Shown: positions 1 to 13,137 of the stretch, piece by piece
How positions within the stretch are numbered: position 1 is the first letter of the stretch
Layout: each line of letters opens with the position of its first letter
Assembly (NCBI RefSeq): GCF_006345805.1
Contig: NC_043001.1
Location: 115,630,001 to 115,694,000 of the forward strand
DNA from: Octopus sinensis
Taxonomy: Eukaryota
Direction: 5' to 3'
DNA length: 64,000 nucleotides
Position numbers and translations under genes: made by a program
The notes under the pieces: model-generated
Databases searched by the model: none
Seen by the model: the letters and a program-made list of their open reading frames with translations, nothing else
Told to the model about the DNA's origin: nothing

Positions 1-1099
1 TTCTATTCACTTATCTTTATAGACCCAAGTTCCTTCAGCATTTGTCCATATTTGGATTTCCAGATTTGGCTTCATGAATAATATAAATGATGAAAGAGCT
101 GAATCTAAAATCTAGTTGCAAAAAGGGAAGGTCCAAGCTGTTCATGTAAACATTGTTGGGTGGAGTTCTTCTTGTGCCCTTTCAATAGTGTTCTTCCTGA
201 GTCCTTTCAGTTTCAGACTTATCCTTCAAATAATGTTCTACATGCATCATCGAAGGATTTGAAGAATCATTTTGTTCTCATCATATCCAATTCTGAACAG
301 GCAATATTGGCATGATCACTTTCATTATCATCTTCAGGAAAAGAAGATTCATCACAAATAATTTTTTCCCATTCTTTATGGAAGCTGGATAACAATTGTG
401 AAATCTCTTCAAGGCTTAGCTTTTGATTCTTTGATATTTCGTGGAAGGATTACAAAGGACAAATGAATAGTTGGCAGGCTGTCAATGTTTTATACTTGTT
501 GAATTATGATGCAATACTAATTGTTTGTTTCATAAAAATGATGCACTAAATAGTAGTATTGCATCATCTTCAGATGTCTTAGTAAATGCTGTTAGAGATC
601 TTTGCCCCAGTATGGGATGAGGTTGTGCAAACTGATCTCAAAATGCTGAGCCTTACAGAAGAGATGACAATGGATTGGGAGGGTTGGTGCCCTGCCATGC
701 TCAAGAAGACCTGCCCATAGCAAGCAGAACACCTACCCAAAACCTGGTCACAGTATCTCAACGTGCTGTGTGCACTGAGGATACAACTTTTTTGTAACCC
801 CGTAGTCCTGTATCATATTCTGTCGAGTTTTTGCTAGAAGACTATGAAAATCAATGTTTTTTTTTTCTATTTGCTCAAAAAAGTTCACTCATGACTAACT
901 TTGAAATTTTTATATTTGGTTGCATTTGGGTGGGTTTCCAAAAACTAGAACCCTGATAGAATAATAAACAATAAAGGAAAAAAAGATCCATAACTGTTAA
1001 AAGAATTATATTCTACATTCCAGACCAATAAAAAGAAGGTAAGTCATATAAAGTCAAATTAGTCAATAGTCAAGTTGCGGCAAGTCTAATAGAGAGAAT

Positions 1100-2420
1100 G
1101 AAACTCAATGGCAGGTTAGCTTTGTTCTTGCATGTGGTGTGTAGTTCTTGCATGACTTTAATTGCTCACTCATAGCATTAATTGCTTCTGCTGATCTTTA
1201 ATTTTGAGGGCTCTTGTTTCCAGTGATTTGTCAAGCATATCAAAGAAGTCTTGTAGAGTAGTAAGGTTTGTGATAGCTCTGCATAATCTTCAGCTCTATA
1301 CACTTGGTCACTGAACCAGTGGTCTGCCCAGTCATATGAGATGACTAGCAGACCATCTGCAATCTCTCACATGTGACGTAAGTAAAAATATAAGAAGGGC
1401 TAGGATTGTTTGCAAATTCCATCTGGCATTACTGATGTTTGGAATTTTCTGAAACTTGATGAAAGGGATGTCTCTCTTTCCATGGAAGAACTTGAAGGCA
1501 TGGGTTAAGTGAAACAGAAACTTCATATCTCTCTCAACCAGCTTGATCTACTATGACGATTTCCATTCTGGAAGGAGCCTTGGAGTTCTTCATACCTTGT
1601 CATGAGTTCTTTGACAAGAAAATATCCGATGTTGAGTGAATTGCTTGCACTAGCTAGCTCCTCATCCATAAAATATGCAGGATTCTGTCCAAGACATGGT
1701 GTTTGTTGCTCATGAATTGTGGCTCATCATAGCATTTGTTCAAGAAATTCTCTGCAGTCTAACCACTACCCAACTCTTTCATCCGGTATTCACACTCGTC
1801 GTATCAGCAATAATCATTTAGTGAAATTCATCCAAGATGCTTTTCAATCCTTCTGCAATGCTTCTCGACCTTGTCACCACACAGCTTCAGAGCAGCCAGC
1901 TTAATTTCACTTGTTTTGTCTTGATGAATTACCACTTGATATTCATTTCCGTCAATATGTTTACCATCAAAATGCAGGTCCCATTTCTGATTGCCTAGTG
2001 TATTGATCAAGTGTTTCTTCATTACACCAGCTTTCTCAAACAGTGCATTGTAAAATGCCTTGCTGACTAGGAGCTGGGATATCAATGTCCTCCTCTGACA
2101 ATTCTTTGCAGATTTTCGCAGCTTTGTAGGTAGAGACATTTGTCATCAAATATGTCATCTTCACCATAATTATACTCTTCAATCTGTTCTTCTTCAGAGT
2201 CACTGTCAGTTCCAGGGTTGCTGAGTTTGATAAAGAATGGGAGGCTTCAGCATCCGAGCATCTTCTCTTGGAATTATGGATAGTGTGCTTGCTTGCAGCT
2301 TTACTTGTTGAATAACCCATTTTGCCCTGGCTTTGGAGTTGGATAGAGTAAAGCATTTTATCATCAGCATTGAGCCATTCATTGCAGACTTTGTTGATAT
2401 TGAACAGTTCTTCTAATGGC
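1100..2420 (-). mobile_element. Decayed hAT-like DDE transposase (left arm)
   Basis: Fragments WDLHFDGK, IIADTTSVNTG, KHRVLDRIL and PNISNARWN, with stops and frameshifts. Superfamily recognised from motifs, not from a search. Confidence 0.6.
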
Positions 2421-3009
2421 TCAAATTGTCTTTTTTAGGTGCATTTGTCATACAAATGAAGCACATTTTTGAGCCGGGAAATGATTGGAAAATTCAGCTT
2501 ATCTCTTCACAGTAGTGTCACCTCTTTCAATAATTCTGTCACTCTCTTCTTTCTGCCTTTAATTGATTTCCAAAAAAACTGGTCCCGACCAGCAACCTTC
2601 TCCTTGAGTGGCATTTGAATTCTGCTGTTCAGTGAGGCTTCATCTACAGACACATGACCTCTAGATGAATGGGACTGGAACAGCACCAGATGCAGTGTTT
2701 ATGTAGGCAAATAAATACAAAAGCGCCTGGAAGCATCCCTGATCTGGTCACTGATATATGTGGACTATGTTATAAAGAACAATGATTGCAGTGATTTCGG
2801 GTTCACCAGAACTCACATAACATCCAAGTGTTACTTGGATCATAGAATGATTCACAGCAAGGTATTTTTTAATCCATATGGAAAGAGGCCACTAAAATCC
2901 AGTTTACATCCGAGAATAAACATTGCTTCTTTAAAAAAATCTATAAATGATAAAAAAATTTGAAATACATTTAAATTCAAAGCTTGCAGAAATAGAGGAA
3001 TGCCTAAAA

Positions 3010-3715
3010 ATGTGGTGGCACAATATACATGACAGCATCAAATCATCTGCTGAAGTAGTTCTAGAATTTGTGAAGCACAAACACCAACAAGAATGATTCT
3101 CAAATTAAACCTCTCCTAGAAACTTTGCACAAGAGACAAAAGACATGGATCTCAGACAAAAATTTGCCAACATCCAGATTCCTATACATCTCTAGAGAAA
3201 ATCTATGCAGAAAACTGCATGAGATGAAAAGTTTGGTGGACGAAACAAGCCCAAGAATTGGAACAGGCAGCTAACTCTCACAACTTGAGAACACTGTATA
3301 ACATTCTGAAAAATGTGTTTGGTCCAAAAAAAGGTAGTACAGAATCTATTCTCTCTAACGATGTAACACAACTCATAAGTAGGAAAGATGAAATTCTAAA
3401 AAGATTACCTGAACACTTTAAATCTGTATCAAATCAAGAATCCACTCGCAATGCTGAAGAACTAGTGGAACATCCTTCCTTGGAAGAGACAAGTACTGTT
3501 ATTGAAAAACTTTCCAATGGTAAAGATCTTGGACAAGACAATATTCCCATAGAGGTGTACAAGCATGGTAGCAGACAAATTGTAAATAAACTGTGCAAAT
3601 TGATCTGTTTGATCTGGGAAACTGGATCTGTTCCCCAGCAGTTCAAAGATGCATGTATAATGCACCTGTACAAAAACAAAAGGAAGAGGAGTCAATGTGA
3701 TAATCCCCTTTTCCA
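3010..3715 (+). mobile_element. RTE-clade LINE fragment (pre-RT / RT domain 0-1)
   Basis: ORF 3258-3719: KLSNGKDLGQDNIPIEVYK...IWETGSVPQQFKDACIMHLYKNKRKRSQCDN is the typical RTE/BovB-like RT N-terminus. Confidence 0.85.
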
Positions 3716-4459
3716 ATAGAAGAATAAAGATAATCAAAAGAAAGGAGAAATGTGATGTTATTGGCAAGCTATTCTAGTATAATTTATTTTATTGATACCT
3801 GTTGGATTAAAGTTAAAGCTGACTTGTGTGAGATTTGAACTCAGAATGCAGAGGAACAGAACTAAATAGAACAAAGCATTTAGTCTGGCACTCCATTCTG
3901 GACATAATTTTTGGAACAACTGTCCTTCAAAGTTCCATACTTCATGGAAAAAGAAAAGTGAGATGGGCAGGTTTCCTTCATTTTGTTTCTAATCTTTTTA
4001 TGTTTCATACATTGGAAAATTTCCTCACAATTTCTGTCTTTCACATCCCACCCCTCAATTCTGTGCCCTTTTTTCCTTCCGTATCATTTAGGAAATAATT
4101 TTGATTCTGATTCATTCTGCCAGCTTCAGTTCCATGGGGTTTATTATTTCTACCTCAGCTGGATCCAAACCTACCATTTACATTACTTGCCCACCACGCG
4201 CACAGTTTTGCTTCTACATCTCTGACAGGTTTGTGGGAGGGGTACACGACCAGGTGATTAATAAGTTCACATCATAATCCTGACATGTTAGTATTGAGTT
4301 CAATCCAACTCCATCACACCTTGAGCAAGAATCTTTCAGCCTAGTTTTGGTTTGATCTTTTTTTTATATTTTGTCTTCTACCTATGTTGGGTTTGAAAAA
4401 GGGACATTGCCTATGCCCTTCACAGACCATCTGGATGAATGAGGTTAATGATTAAGGCC

Positions 4460-4815
4460 ATTGATGTGCCTTGTGAACCTTCATAAACCAACATCTGTGG
4501 GAAAGATATGAGCAGGGAAGGATTTCTTGAGAGAAACCATTTTGGGGAGGAAAAACTGAGCATAGCCATAAGTATGAGGCCTTTTAGGTAGGGCTGGATG
4601 GGTTTGGACATAAGAGGGATGATGAAAAGAGAAGAGGCAAATGGGATGGGAACGTTTGAGAGGAGGTGGGGTGAGCTCAGCTAGCTGCAAGGAGCAGAAG
4701 CCATATAGTACAGTAGAAATGACAGAGAGAGGGACAGAGAATGTCTGGGCATCAGAGAATGGAGCACATCTACGAGTGACTTTATAATTTATTGCATCCA
4801 CCGCTGTTTTCAAAA
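4460..4815 (-). mobile_element. CR1/Jockey-like LINE 3' end fragment (mirror about 52640-52995 +)
   Basis: YGFCSLQLAELTPPPLKRS...AQFFLPKMVSLKKSFPAHIFP resembles the CR1-type ORF2 C-terminus (YGRCSSELA..P...SFFPRTARLWNSLP..FP). Confidence 0.6.
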
Positions 4816-5606
4816 TCTCCTTCAGAGTGGTACAATTAAATGGCTTGAATGTGGATGTGGCTATTCAAAGCAACAGTAAAAACAGAAAAACTTCATGAAA
4901 TATATGTAAAATATATATGAAAAATATATAAAAGAATAAGTAAAATATTAAAAAAATTGAACGAAAACATTTACAATAAAATTCTAATTGATAGATATAA
5001 ATCTTCCAGAAAATAAAAAAAAGAAACAGTGATATACACAACCAAAACATGCGGATGAAGTGAATCTCATTGTGTAAAGAATCAGCAGAATGTGTGGTTA
5101 ACATGATAACTAGCTGTTAATGCCTCACTGTCTGTTGATTGGCTAAAATTGATCAGATTTTCCCAACTTTAATTCCAAATAACATCAGATTCTTTAATTT
5201 ATGAGATAAAGTAATTAGTTGAGCATAATCAAAATTCAGAACAGTATCGATACACCAAAATTGAAAACAAGCTGAGCAAAATTAAAGGGGGCTGATTTTG
5301 TGAATGAAACTAACTAGATCGCAGACATTTAATTATTAAAGTAGAAAAATGATCAAAAACGCCATTTCTATTCAGATTTTCAAATATATAATACTGTACC
5401 AATGGCTTTCTATTTCTTACTATATATATATATATATATATTTTTTAAAATTATGTCATTATAAGAGAAAAAAATTTTTTTAAAAAATTTCCTGATATTC
5501 TTCAGACATATTGACGCAAATATATATATTTTTTAACATTTAAGCCTTCTGTAGTTTTTCACTCTTTACTATTTCGATATATTCACCCACGTGCTTTCAC
5601 AAACCA

Positions 5607-5660
<54 letters not shown>

Positions 5661-5741
5661 CTGCTACATTCTGTGTATCATCAAAATATTTAAATCATCC
5701 TCTCCAAACAATAAATATGCCTTTCATTTTATTTCTTGATG

Positions 5742-5801
5742 CTGTGGAAGAACAATGTGCTGAGGTTAGCGAGCCGAAATATTTAGAAATGGGACAACGA
5801 A
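5742..5801 (+). pseudogene. 60 nt Tyr-motif microexon copy (VEEQCAEVSEPKYLEMGQR), acceptor mutated AG>TG
   Basis: GTAAGT donor at 5802. Upstream is tttcttgaTG, versus tttcttgaAG in the right-arm copy. Confidence 0.6.
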
Positions 5802-6035
5802 GTAAGTACAATCAATATTGCATGATCTTAGAACCTATCTTTAAAATAAACAGACAGTGAACTATTACGAAATATGTCACTCTCTAACTTTTGTCTATTA
5901 ATATGCATGTATGTATGTGTGAGTGTGTTTGAGTCTATCTCATTAGTATTTATTATGGTAGAATCATTACACAGCTATCTTAATTTAAATATTATTTATA
6001 GCCATGCTATTTGTTCTTTTTTTAATTTCTTAAAG

Positions 6036-6077
6036 GCACGGATGGTACTTACGTTAACGCTTCAAATAAACCTGCTG
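6036..6077 (+). CDS. 42 nt phase-1 microexon (TDGTYVNASNKPA)
   Basis: Polypyrimidine tract plus AG at 6034-6035, GTAAGT at 6078. Length is a multiple of 3 and the exon is in frame with the 60 nt exon. Confidence 0.6.
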
Positions 6078-6394
6078 GTAAGTATATAAGCAATTTATTA
6101 ACAAAAAATTTACTTTCATTAGAGCAAGATTAGCAAATATTCTTTCTTTGAGTAGAATATGCAGCTTAATATATATGTATGATTGAAATTAAAACTTTGA
6201 AATGTTAAAATTTCATTGCATATACAATAAACTTCTGTTGATGATAAATATACATATTACATATATGTGTAAAAATCTCATCACGCAATCAAACCAATGA
6301 AAGAGCCTTTTTCTGATCGCTCAACATGCTAAAAATAACAGCCAAAGTATCCCCCTTCCTAAATCACACGCGCAAATATTCTTTATTATATTCA

Positions 6395-6870
6395 AAACAC
6401 TGATGCAAATTTAGAAAGGATTATTGGTGGAAGATTTAATGATAGAAGCCAATAATATGCTCATGAATTTTGAAAGAAATTTATCTTTATTTTCAAATGT
6501 AATTTCAACAAAAGTTTACATTCATCAAATATGACACTGCTAGATGCATTAGATTGCACCAACATACTTGCAACATCTTTATAAATATAATTTGCAACTG
6601 CAATACAGTTGTTTGTGGTAGACAATCACAACTACCTATTGATTTAAAAGAAGAACTGTTTCAGCAACCAATTAATGGTCCTTGACAATTTAAATTTTTG
6701 ATTACTAAAATCACAACATATTCACTTACAAAAAATTGTGAAACATGTTCACTCAATACTGAACATGAAATTACTTCCAGAATTGAATTTCCTCCTGAAT
6801 TTAAATATCTTGTTATTCAAATTAATAGACTTTTGATTAATCAAAATTTTAATATGGAAGAATCAAATGT
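6395..6870 (+). pseudogene. Decayed USP/peptidase-C19-like fragment (mirror about 50747-51245 -)
   Basis: GRFNDRSQ*YAHEF* resembles F...QQDAHEFL, and CETCSLN...IEFPPEFKYLVIQINR resembles CxxC...P..LVIQLKRF. Multiple stops. Confidence 0.45.
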
Positions 6871-7693
6871 GATATAATGAACTTCAAATCAAAAAGGCAG
6901 CAAATATTTGGCACAAATTTTCCTCTAAGAGCTGCTGTTATTCATAGAGGACGAACATCTAGAGCAGGCCACACTGATTAAAACTAGAGATGATATTTGT
7001 GGTTAACATGATAACTAGCTGTTAATGCCTCACTGTCTGTTGATTGGCTAAATTTCATACTAAGACATACTAAATTTCCTCCCAAATTGCCTGACATTGT
7101 TTTATTATTTATGGAAAAAAATGTAAACAAATTAAACAACAAAATTCAGTGGAATTGTAACTAAAACTTAAATTTAAGACGAAGATTGTATGATTGATTA
7201 ATGATTATTTTAGAACCAAATTCATAAATAGAAAAAAGTAACAAGAACATTTTCTTAAATTTGGAAATTAAAAATAGTTTTTTTGGTTTATAAAATGGTT
7301 TTAATGTATGAAAAACCAAATATGTACATAAAATTGACAGTACAATAGTCGTCATTTTTTATTGCAAAATTAGGTTACATAAGGTGAGCCTGGTAACTGA
7401 TGGTTTTGGGGTCTTGTTGTTTGTAACATTTGGTGAACCATTGTGCAACCAACAACATAGTAAAAATCCCAGCCATTAATTCAATCAAAACATATATTTA
7501 AATTAAACATGAAAAAATTGAAATATTATCATCACTTACATGGAAAAATTGAAATATTATCTTTGAGTATTTTATAAGGTAAAATCTTAAATCATTAACT
7601 GACACATTATTAATTAACTTATAACAGCAATGCGTGGAAAAATCATGGATTACATGGAAAAATGTGAGCATGAAAAGTAATATTCTTAAGATT

Positions 7694-8126
7694 ATAAATC
7701 TGGAAAAGTACAGGACAAGTTATTACACATTTAAAAGTATAGGACAAACTATATTACTTCAAGTAAAGTAACGAATAAGAAACTTTTTACTTAAAACATT
7801 GCCACTAAAATTAAAATTTGAGTATTAAAAATCATTTTATTATAGTTTACAAATAACACTATACTTATTTAAGTAGAATTTGGCTAATTTACTACCTTAA
7901 ATACAGAAAAAAGTGACTAATTAGACAAACTTACAAATTAGCTGAACAGTTTTGTACAATAAATTTAAAAGATGAGAACTGTTAAAAGTGAAAAATTAGA
8001 AGAACTGGCAGTCTTTGCTGCAATATTTTAAGTAAAAAGTTTCTTATTCTTTACTTTACTTGAAGTAATAGTTTGTCCTGTACTTTTACAGGTGTAATAA
8101 CTTGTCCTATACTTTTCCAGGTTTAT
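7694..8126. mobile_element. MITE-like foldback element with about 110 bp imperfect terminal inverted repeats
   Basis: 7696-7806 (aaatctggaaaagtacaggacaagttattacac...) is the reverse complement of 8018-8124. Confidence 0.7.
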
Positions 8127-8295
8127 TGAGATTACTAGACATGAAGCATAATGTATAGAGCAGATTTGTAATGGTGAATGTTTCACATCTTGATCAGAAA
8201 CTGTTTTGAGTACCCACAATCAGTCCTGCTCATGGACACCACTGATATGAAAGTAACATTGGAAGATAGTGAATGACTTCTCTTAATGGTAACAT

Positions 8296-8860
8296 CATCA
8301 TCATCATCGTCGTTTAACGTCTGCTTTCCATGCTAGCATGGTTTCTACGATTTGACTGAGGACTGGCGAATCAGATGGCTACACCAGGCTCCAATCTGAT
8401 CTGGCAAAGTTTCTACAGCTGGATGCCCTTCCTAATGCCAACCACTCCGAGAGTGTAATGGGTGCTTTTACGTGCCACTGGCACATGGGCCAGTCAGGCA
8501 GTAATGGCAATGGCCACTATCAGATGGTGTTTTTTACATACCACCTGCACTGGCAACGACCTTGCTCGAATGTTTTTTTCACATGCCACCAGCACAAGTG
8601 CTAGTAAGGCAACACTGGTAGTGATCCCGCATGAATGGCGCTTTTTACATGCCACTGGCATGGAAGCCAGTTAGCTACTCTGGCAACGATCATGCTCGGT
8701 TGGTGCTCTTAGCAATCCACTAGCATGGATGTCAGTCATCGAATTTTATTTCAATTTCGATTTGCCTCAACAGGTCTTCACAAGCAGAGTTTAGTGTCCA
8801 ATTAAGGAAGGTACGCATAAGTGAGCTGGTTACACCCCTGGCATAGGCCACGAGGTTATT
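8296..8860 (-). mobile_element. RTE LINE 3' UTR fragment with (GAT)n tail (mirror about 49290-49773, truncated)
   Basis: Matches the 3' end of the RTE at 57800-58100 (tttctacagctggatgcccttcctaa.gccaaccactccg) and carries a catcatcat tail. Confidence 0.75.
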
Positions 8861-10399
8861 TAAACATCATTATGTTTAAATATCAATAAAATATATTTGA
8901 GTGACTGATATAGTAGAATACCATACTAAATACTTGAAGGTGTTAAATTTAGTCCCACTGTATTCTGAGCTCAAATACCACTGATATCAGTTTTATCTTT
9001 CATCTTTTTCTGATCTACATAATAAATTTCAGTCATCTACTAGGTTGATTTTGCATGCTAATTTTTATTCACTGAGAAAACTCATTATTTGCTTTTTCTT
9101 TTTGCTGGGCTTTGTAATGTATTGCATATATTATATACTCTGTTGTATTCTACACCTGCACAAACTAAAAGTTGCCACCCTATTGACATTTACGAAAACA
9201 ACAAAGAAATGAGATAAATCCATAAGTGGTTATATGAAGATATTGTCTTAAAACATATTTATTTTGAAATAATCTTATCTAATGACCTTTCATGCTTTGT
9301 TTTCTTGAAAGTAGATAGTGTCAGAATAGTTGAGGTATGATTAAGTTCTTTCATTTTGTAAGTATTGTTATTCATGAATTTAATACTGTATTTAAAGTCA
9401 AGCTATTTTATTGGTTTTACTTCGTTCGTAATATTGCCTTACTGAAGATGTCATGTATTGAAAACCATCCCTCAAATATGTTCTGGAAGTATAACTGTAC
9501 ATTCAAAAATATCCTAAACTCTAAACTTATATTAACAGTTTCTTACATTCTCTTTAATTCTAACCTGATTATATCGATATGGAGAACATGGGTATATAAA
9601 ATAATGCAAGTAATAGTAAACTAAAATCTAAGCCTATGAAAGAAGAAACTATTTATACTTATATTTCACTGAATTATATATATTAAATAAATAAGTCTCT
9701 TTTTATCTTTTTCTTAGTTATGATTATATATGTACAGGATTTGTGCACTATCATTTCATCCATATTCATTGGTGAAGCTTGGATTTTCTATATATTTCTA
9801 AAAATACTTATGGAATTAGAGGAATTAGATTTAATTTATTCTTATCATTTTATATTACCTAAATTTATCTTTAAGAAACAAGAATTTTTCATTCACTATA
9901 TAGTTCTGATATTTTTCTCATTTCACAGCAGTTTTAGGCTGAATTACATTTAGATATTTAAGTTTTTATTAATTTTCTTAAATTCTTATAAAGTTTTTTG
10001 ATATTAGTTACTTAAATTCTCAAACACTCAGTTACTAAATTGGCTTGCTACCTGTCTTTGTTTAAACTCTGCATGAGTTTCTGAACTTACAAAATGGAAA
10101 CATACAACCATGAATTCTTTCATCGCTTGGCATTCATATGTGTTTCAACTTGATGTTCTTCAGAAATGGAAATCTGTAAAGCATCTTGCAATTAGAAACA
10201 ATAACTTAATTTTGTTAAAGATCACCAAAATACAACAGTGCACATCTCAAAAAAAACATCTATTACACCTTTTTCACTCATGAATATTAAAACTTTATGT
10301 AAATTCTAACACTCTTCATATATCTTTCACTGATCTAAAATACCCCAACTATCCAAACTTCAGTGCCAAACAACTATGACAATAAGCAAACATCACCAA

Positions 10400-11150
10400 G
10401 AAAAATTTGCTCTCATCCCCACATCAGAATCGCACTGTAAACTCCCCTGACAGTTGCTGCAAAATCTACCAAACCAGAAAATCATCTAGGAGAGAGCTGA
10501 TAGTTATTGGTACAGAAAGCACATGTTCTATAGGAGAACCCATGAAAAACTGTTCAAAGGAACAATTAACACTGAAATTAATGTACTAGATTGACAGACA
10601 GTTGCACATACAACACTAGTTGCAAAACCCGAGGAGCATATGACCAAAAACTTCAAGCTCATAGCATACTTGGAGGTTATGTATGAATTATATTCAGTTT
10701 TCTTGAATGCATTCCTCCACGTCCACTGTGGAATAAGCAATATGGTGGCTGAAGAGTAGTCAAGAGGAAAGAAAGGAGTCTTAGGCTGGGATGAACAGCT
10801 TCTTATCAACCTTCCTTAAGATAACAAAACAGCATTGCTAAAAGTTATTGACTGTATGGCTAGACTCTAAGAAGTTGTTTGATTCTGCTTATTACTTATG
10901 GATAAGAGAGTCACCTCATTTTGTTGAGGTTCTAAATGATATATTCATTGTTATTAAGGGACTGACAACATCATGGCCCACAAGAACTATCAATAAGAAC
11001 TGGGGCTACCACTATAGTCACTAACAAAGTTATATTATCTACAGGAATATTTCAGGGTGACAGCTCATCTGTAACGCTTTTCACCCTAACAGCGAACCAT
11101 TTGTCAGCCTTTAAAGGATTACATGACAGGATCTGCATCCACATCTTTTT
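10400..11150 (+). mobile_element. Decayed R4/Dong-like non-LTR RT (mirror about 46950-47700 -)
   Basis: TTLVAKPEEHMTKNFKLIAYLEVMYEL (RT1), KKGVLGWDEQLLIN (RT2-like) and GIFQGDSSSVTLFTL (RT4). Confidence 0.65.
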
Positions 11151-13077
11151 TGTTTATAACCTTACTACTACTACTACTACTTCCAATCATTTTAGTATTT
11201 AAGTAAGCATGCTCTAATATTCAATTATTTTTCTGCAAAGCATGTAATTACTTTCAAAATTACCAAGCATCATGTTTAAGAGATCAGGATCTCATGTGCA
11301 TTTTTATTCTTTCATTTTGTAGGTTACCAGTGAAGGTCTATGTTCTTCAGATGAACAAAAGGAACCTAGAAGCTTCCAGAACTGAATGAAACCTTGTGAG
11401 CAACCAATCAGTCTCTTTGTCATCATTTCATGGACACTTTTGCAAGCACTGAAGATTTGAACTAAATATCTGATACTACCATAAAATTATTGATTTCTGT
11501 TATATGCTATAACTGCTTTGTTTTTGTATATAATTCATTGACAATTTCTTGATTTATCTTCAGTCTTTATAAATGTCTATCTATAACTAAACATTTGCAT
11601 CAATGAAGTAAACCCAATTAAATTTCAGTATTTCTTTCCTCTTATATGAGTCATCATCATTTAAACACTGTATGGATATTTAACAACATAGTTATGAATA
11701 TCATTGATTTTTGGAACATATTTTAGAATAATCTCTTGAAAAAAAATTAAGAATTTGAATTTATGCCAATTTTCTACAAATGACCAGCAATTATGATTGG
11801 GTTTTTTCCACATTAAATATATTCTTGAAACCATTTACAACTTCATGATTAAAATGTGATGCTCACTTTACAAAAGTTCATTATATACTTTCTGTTATTT
11901 TACTGCATTGGAATCAATGTATTCAGATTTCATTCTGTCACATTTATACATACATAAATTCAGAATTATAATCCTTGATATTATCAAGTTTTAAATTCAA
12001 TCTTTTCAGCCCTTTTAAATCCAAGGTCATTTTTTTTAAATACTAAAATTATGTGTACCAGAATTCATTTTTCTTTTTGGTGATTGTGAAGCTATATGTT
12101 TTTTATACCCACATTTAACCATTCTTTCTATAAAGAAATACTTCACCTTATATGCTATACCATTGTAATATATTTACTAAAAGGAAAAAGATCACTGTAC
12201 ATATATGGAATTCTTCCAACAATAATGCATGTTAGAGATGTTCCAATGTTAAGTCTGTCATTGCTTGTGAACAGTTATCACATTGTTCCTGCAAAAGTGC
12301 TTGATTATTCTTGTCTTAAATAAATACCTTGAAATATTTAATTTCTTACCAATTCTATTTTTCTATTCAAATAAATATGGATTATTGTGCATTTTAATTA
12401 GTAATTTTATCACTATTTCAGCAAGTCCTATCAAGGCTAGTCTTTGCTAATAAGGTCATAATAAAGCCAAAATATATTCAGAGTTGATAAAAATATCAAA
12501 ATATTATCATTAATTAATATCATGATGTTTTTAGCTGCTTATTTATTTCTAGTTTATTTTCTAACTCTCCATGCTTTAAATATGTTATAAGTAGCTTTTC
12601 TTTGTTTTCTTACCTAAAAACTATCTCACAGACATCAAGCTAAGTTACGAGAAGTTAACAGAAGTCAAATGCACTTATGAACAAGACAGGAGGAAATGAA
12701 GAAGTAACAATTGAGAAAATGAAAACAAAAAGATGAAAAAATGAGAGTGTGTGAAAAGGTGAGTTTTTAATAGATTACATAAACATCAAAACACTTAAAA
12801 AAAAAGATAGACCAGCAGAAAAACTATGTATCTTACAACAAAATACAAATTTAGAATTTTAAATCTATATCCTAGTTTAAGTCTGTTTTTTGTGTGTATG
12901 CACTCGCACAGAAGAAGAACTGACTAAATTACCAAATTATTAGTCAATTTGCTTCCAATTAGCTTCATATCCTAAGACAGACAAAGATTTGTTCCTTTTT
13001 TAATAATATTATATAAAAATGTAAATACTGGCTTTTCAAGAACAGTTAATTTCCTTTTGTTATAATTTAGTCAATTC

Positions 13078-13137
<60 letters not shown>

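Noticed and set aside
230-440. Acidic peptide on the minus strand (KLSLEEISQLL...PEDDNESD), piggyBac N-terminus-like
   Set aside because: Low complexity with no catalytic motifs or TTAA/TIR found.
11323-11383. Possible terminal exon after ttttgtag (VTSEGLCSSDEQKEPRSFQN*)
   Set aside because: Only an acceptor supports it. No homology and no paralogous conservation.
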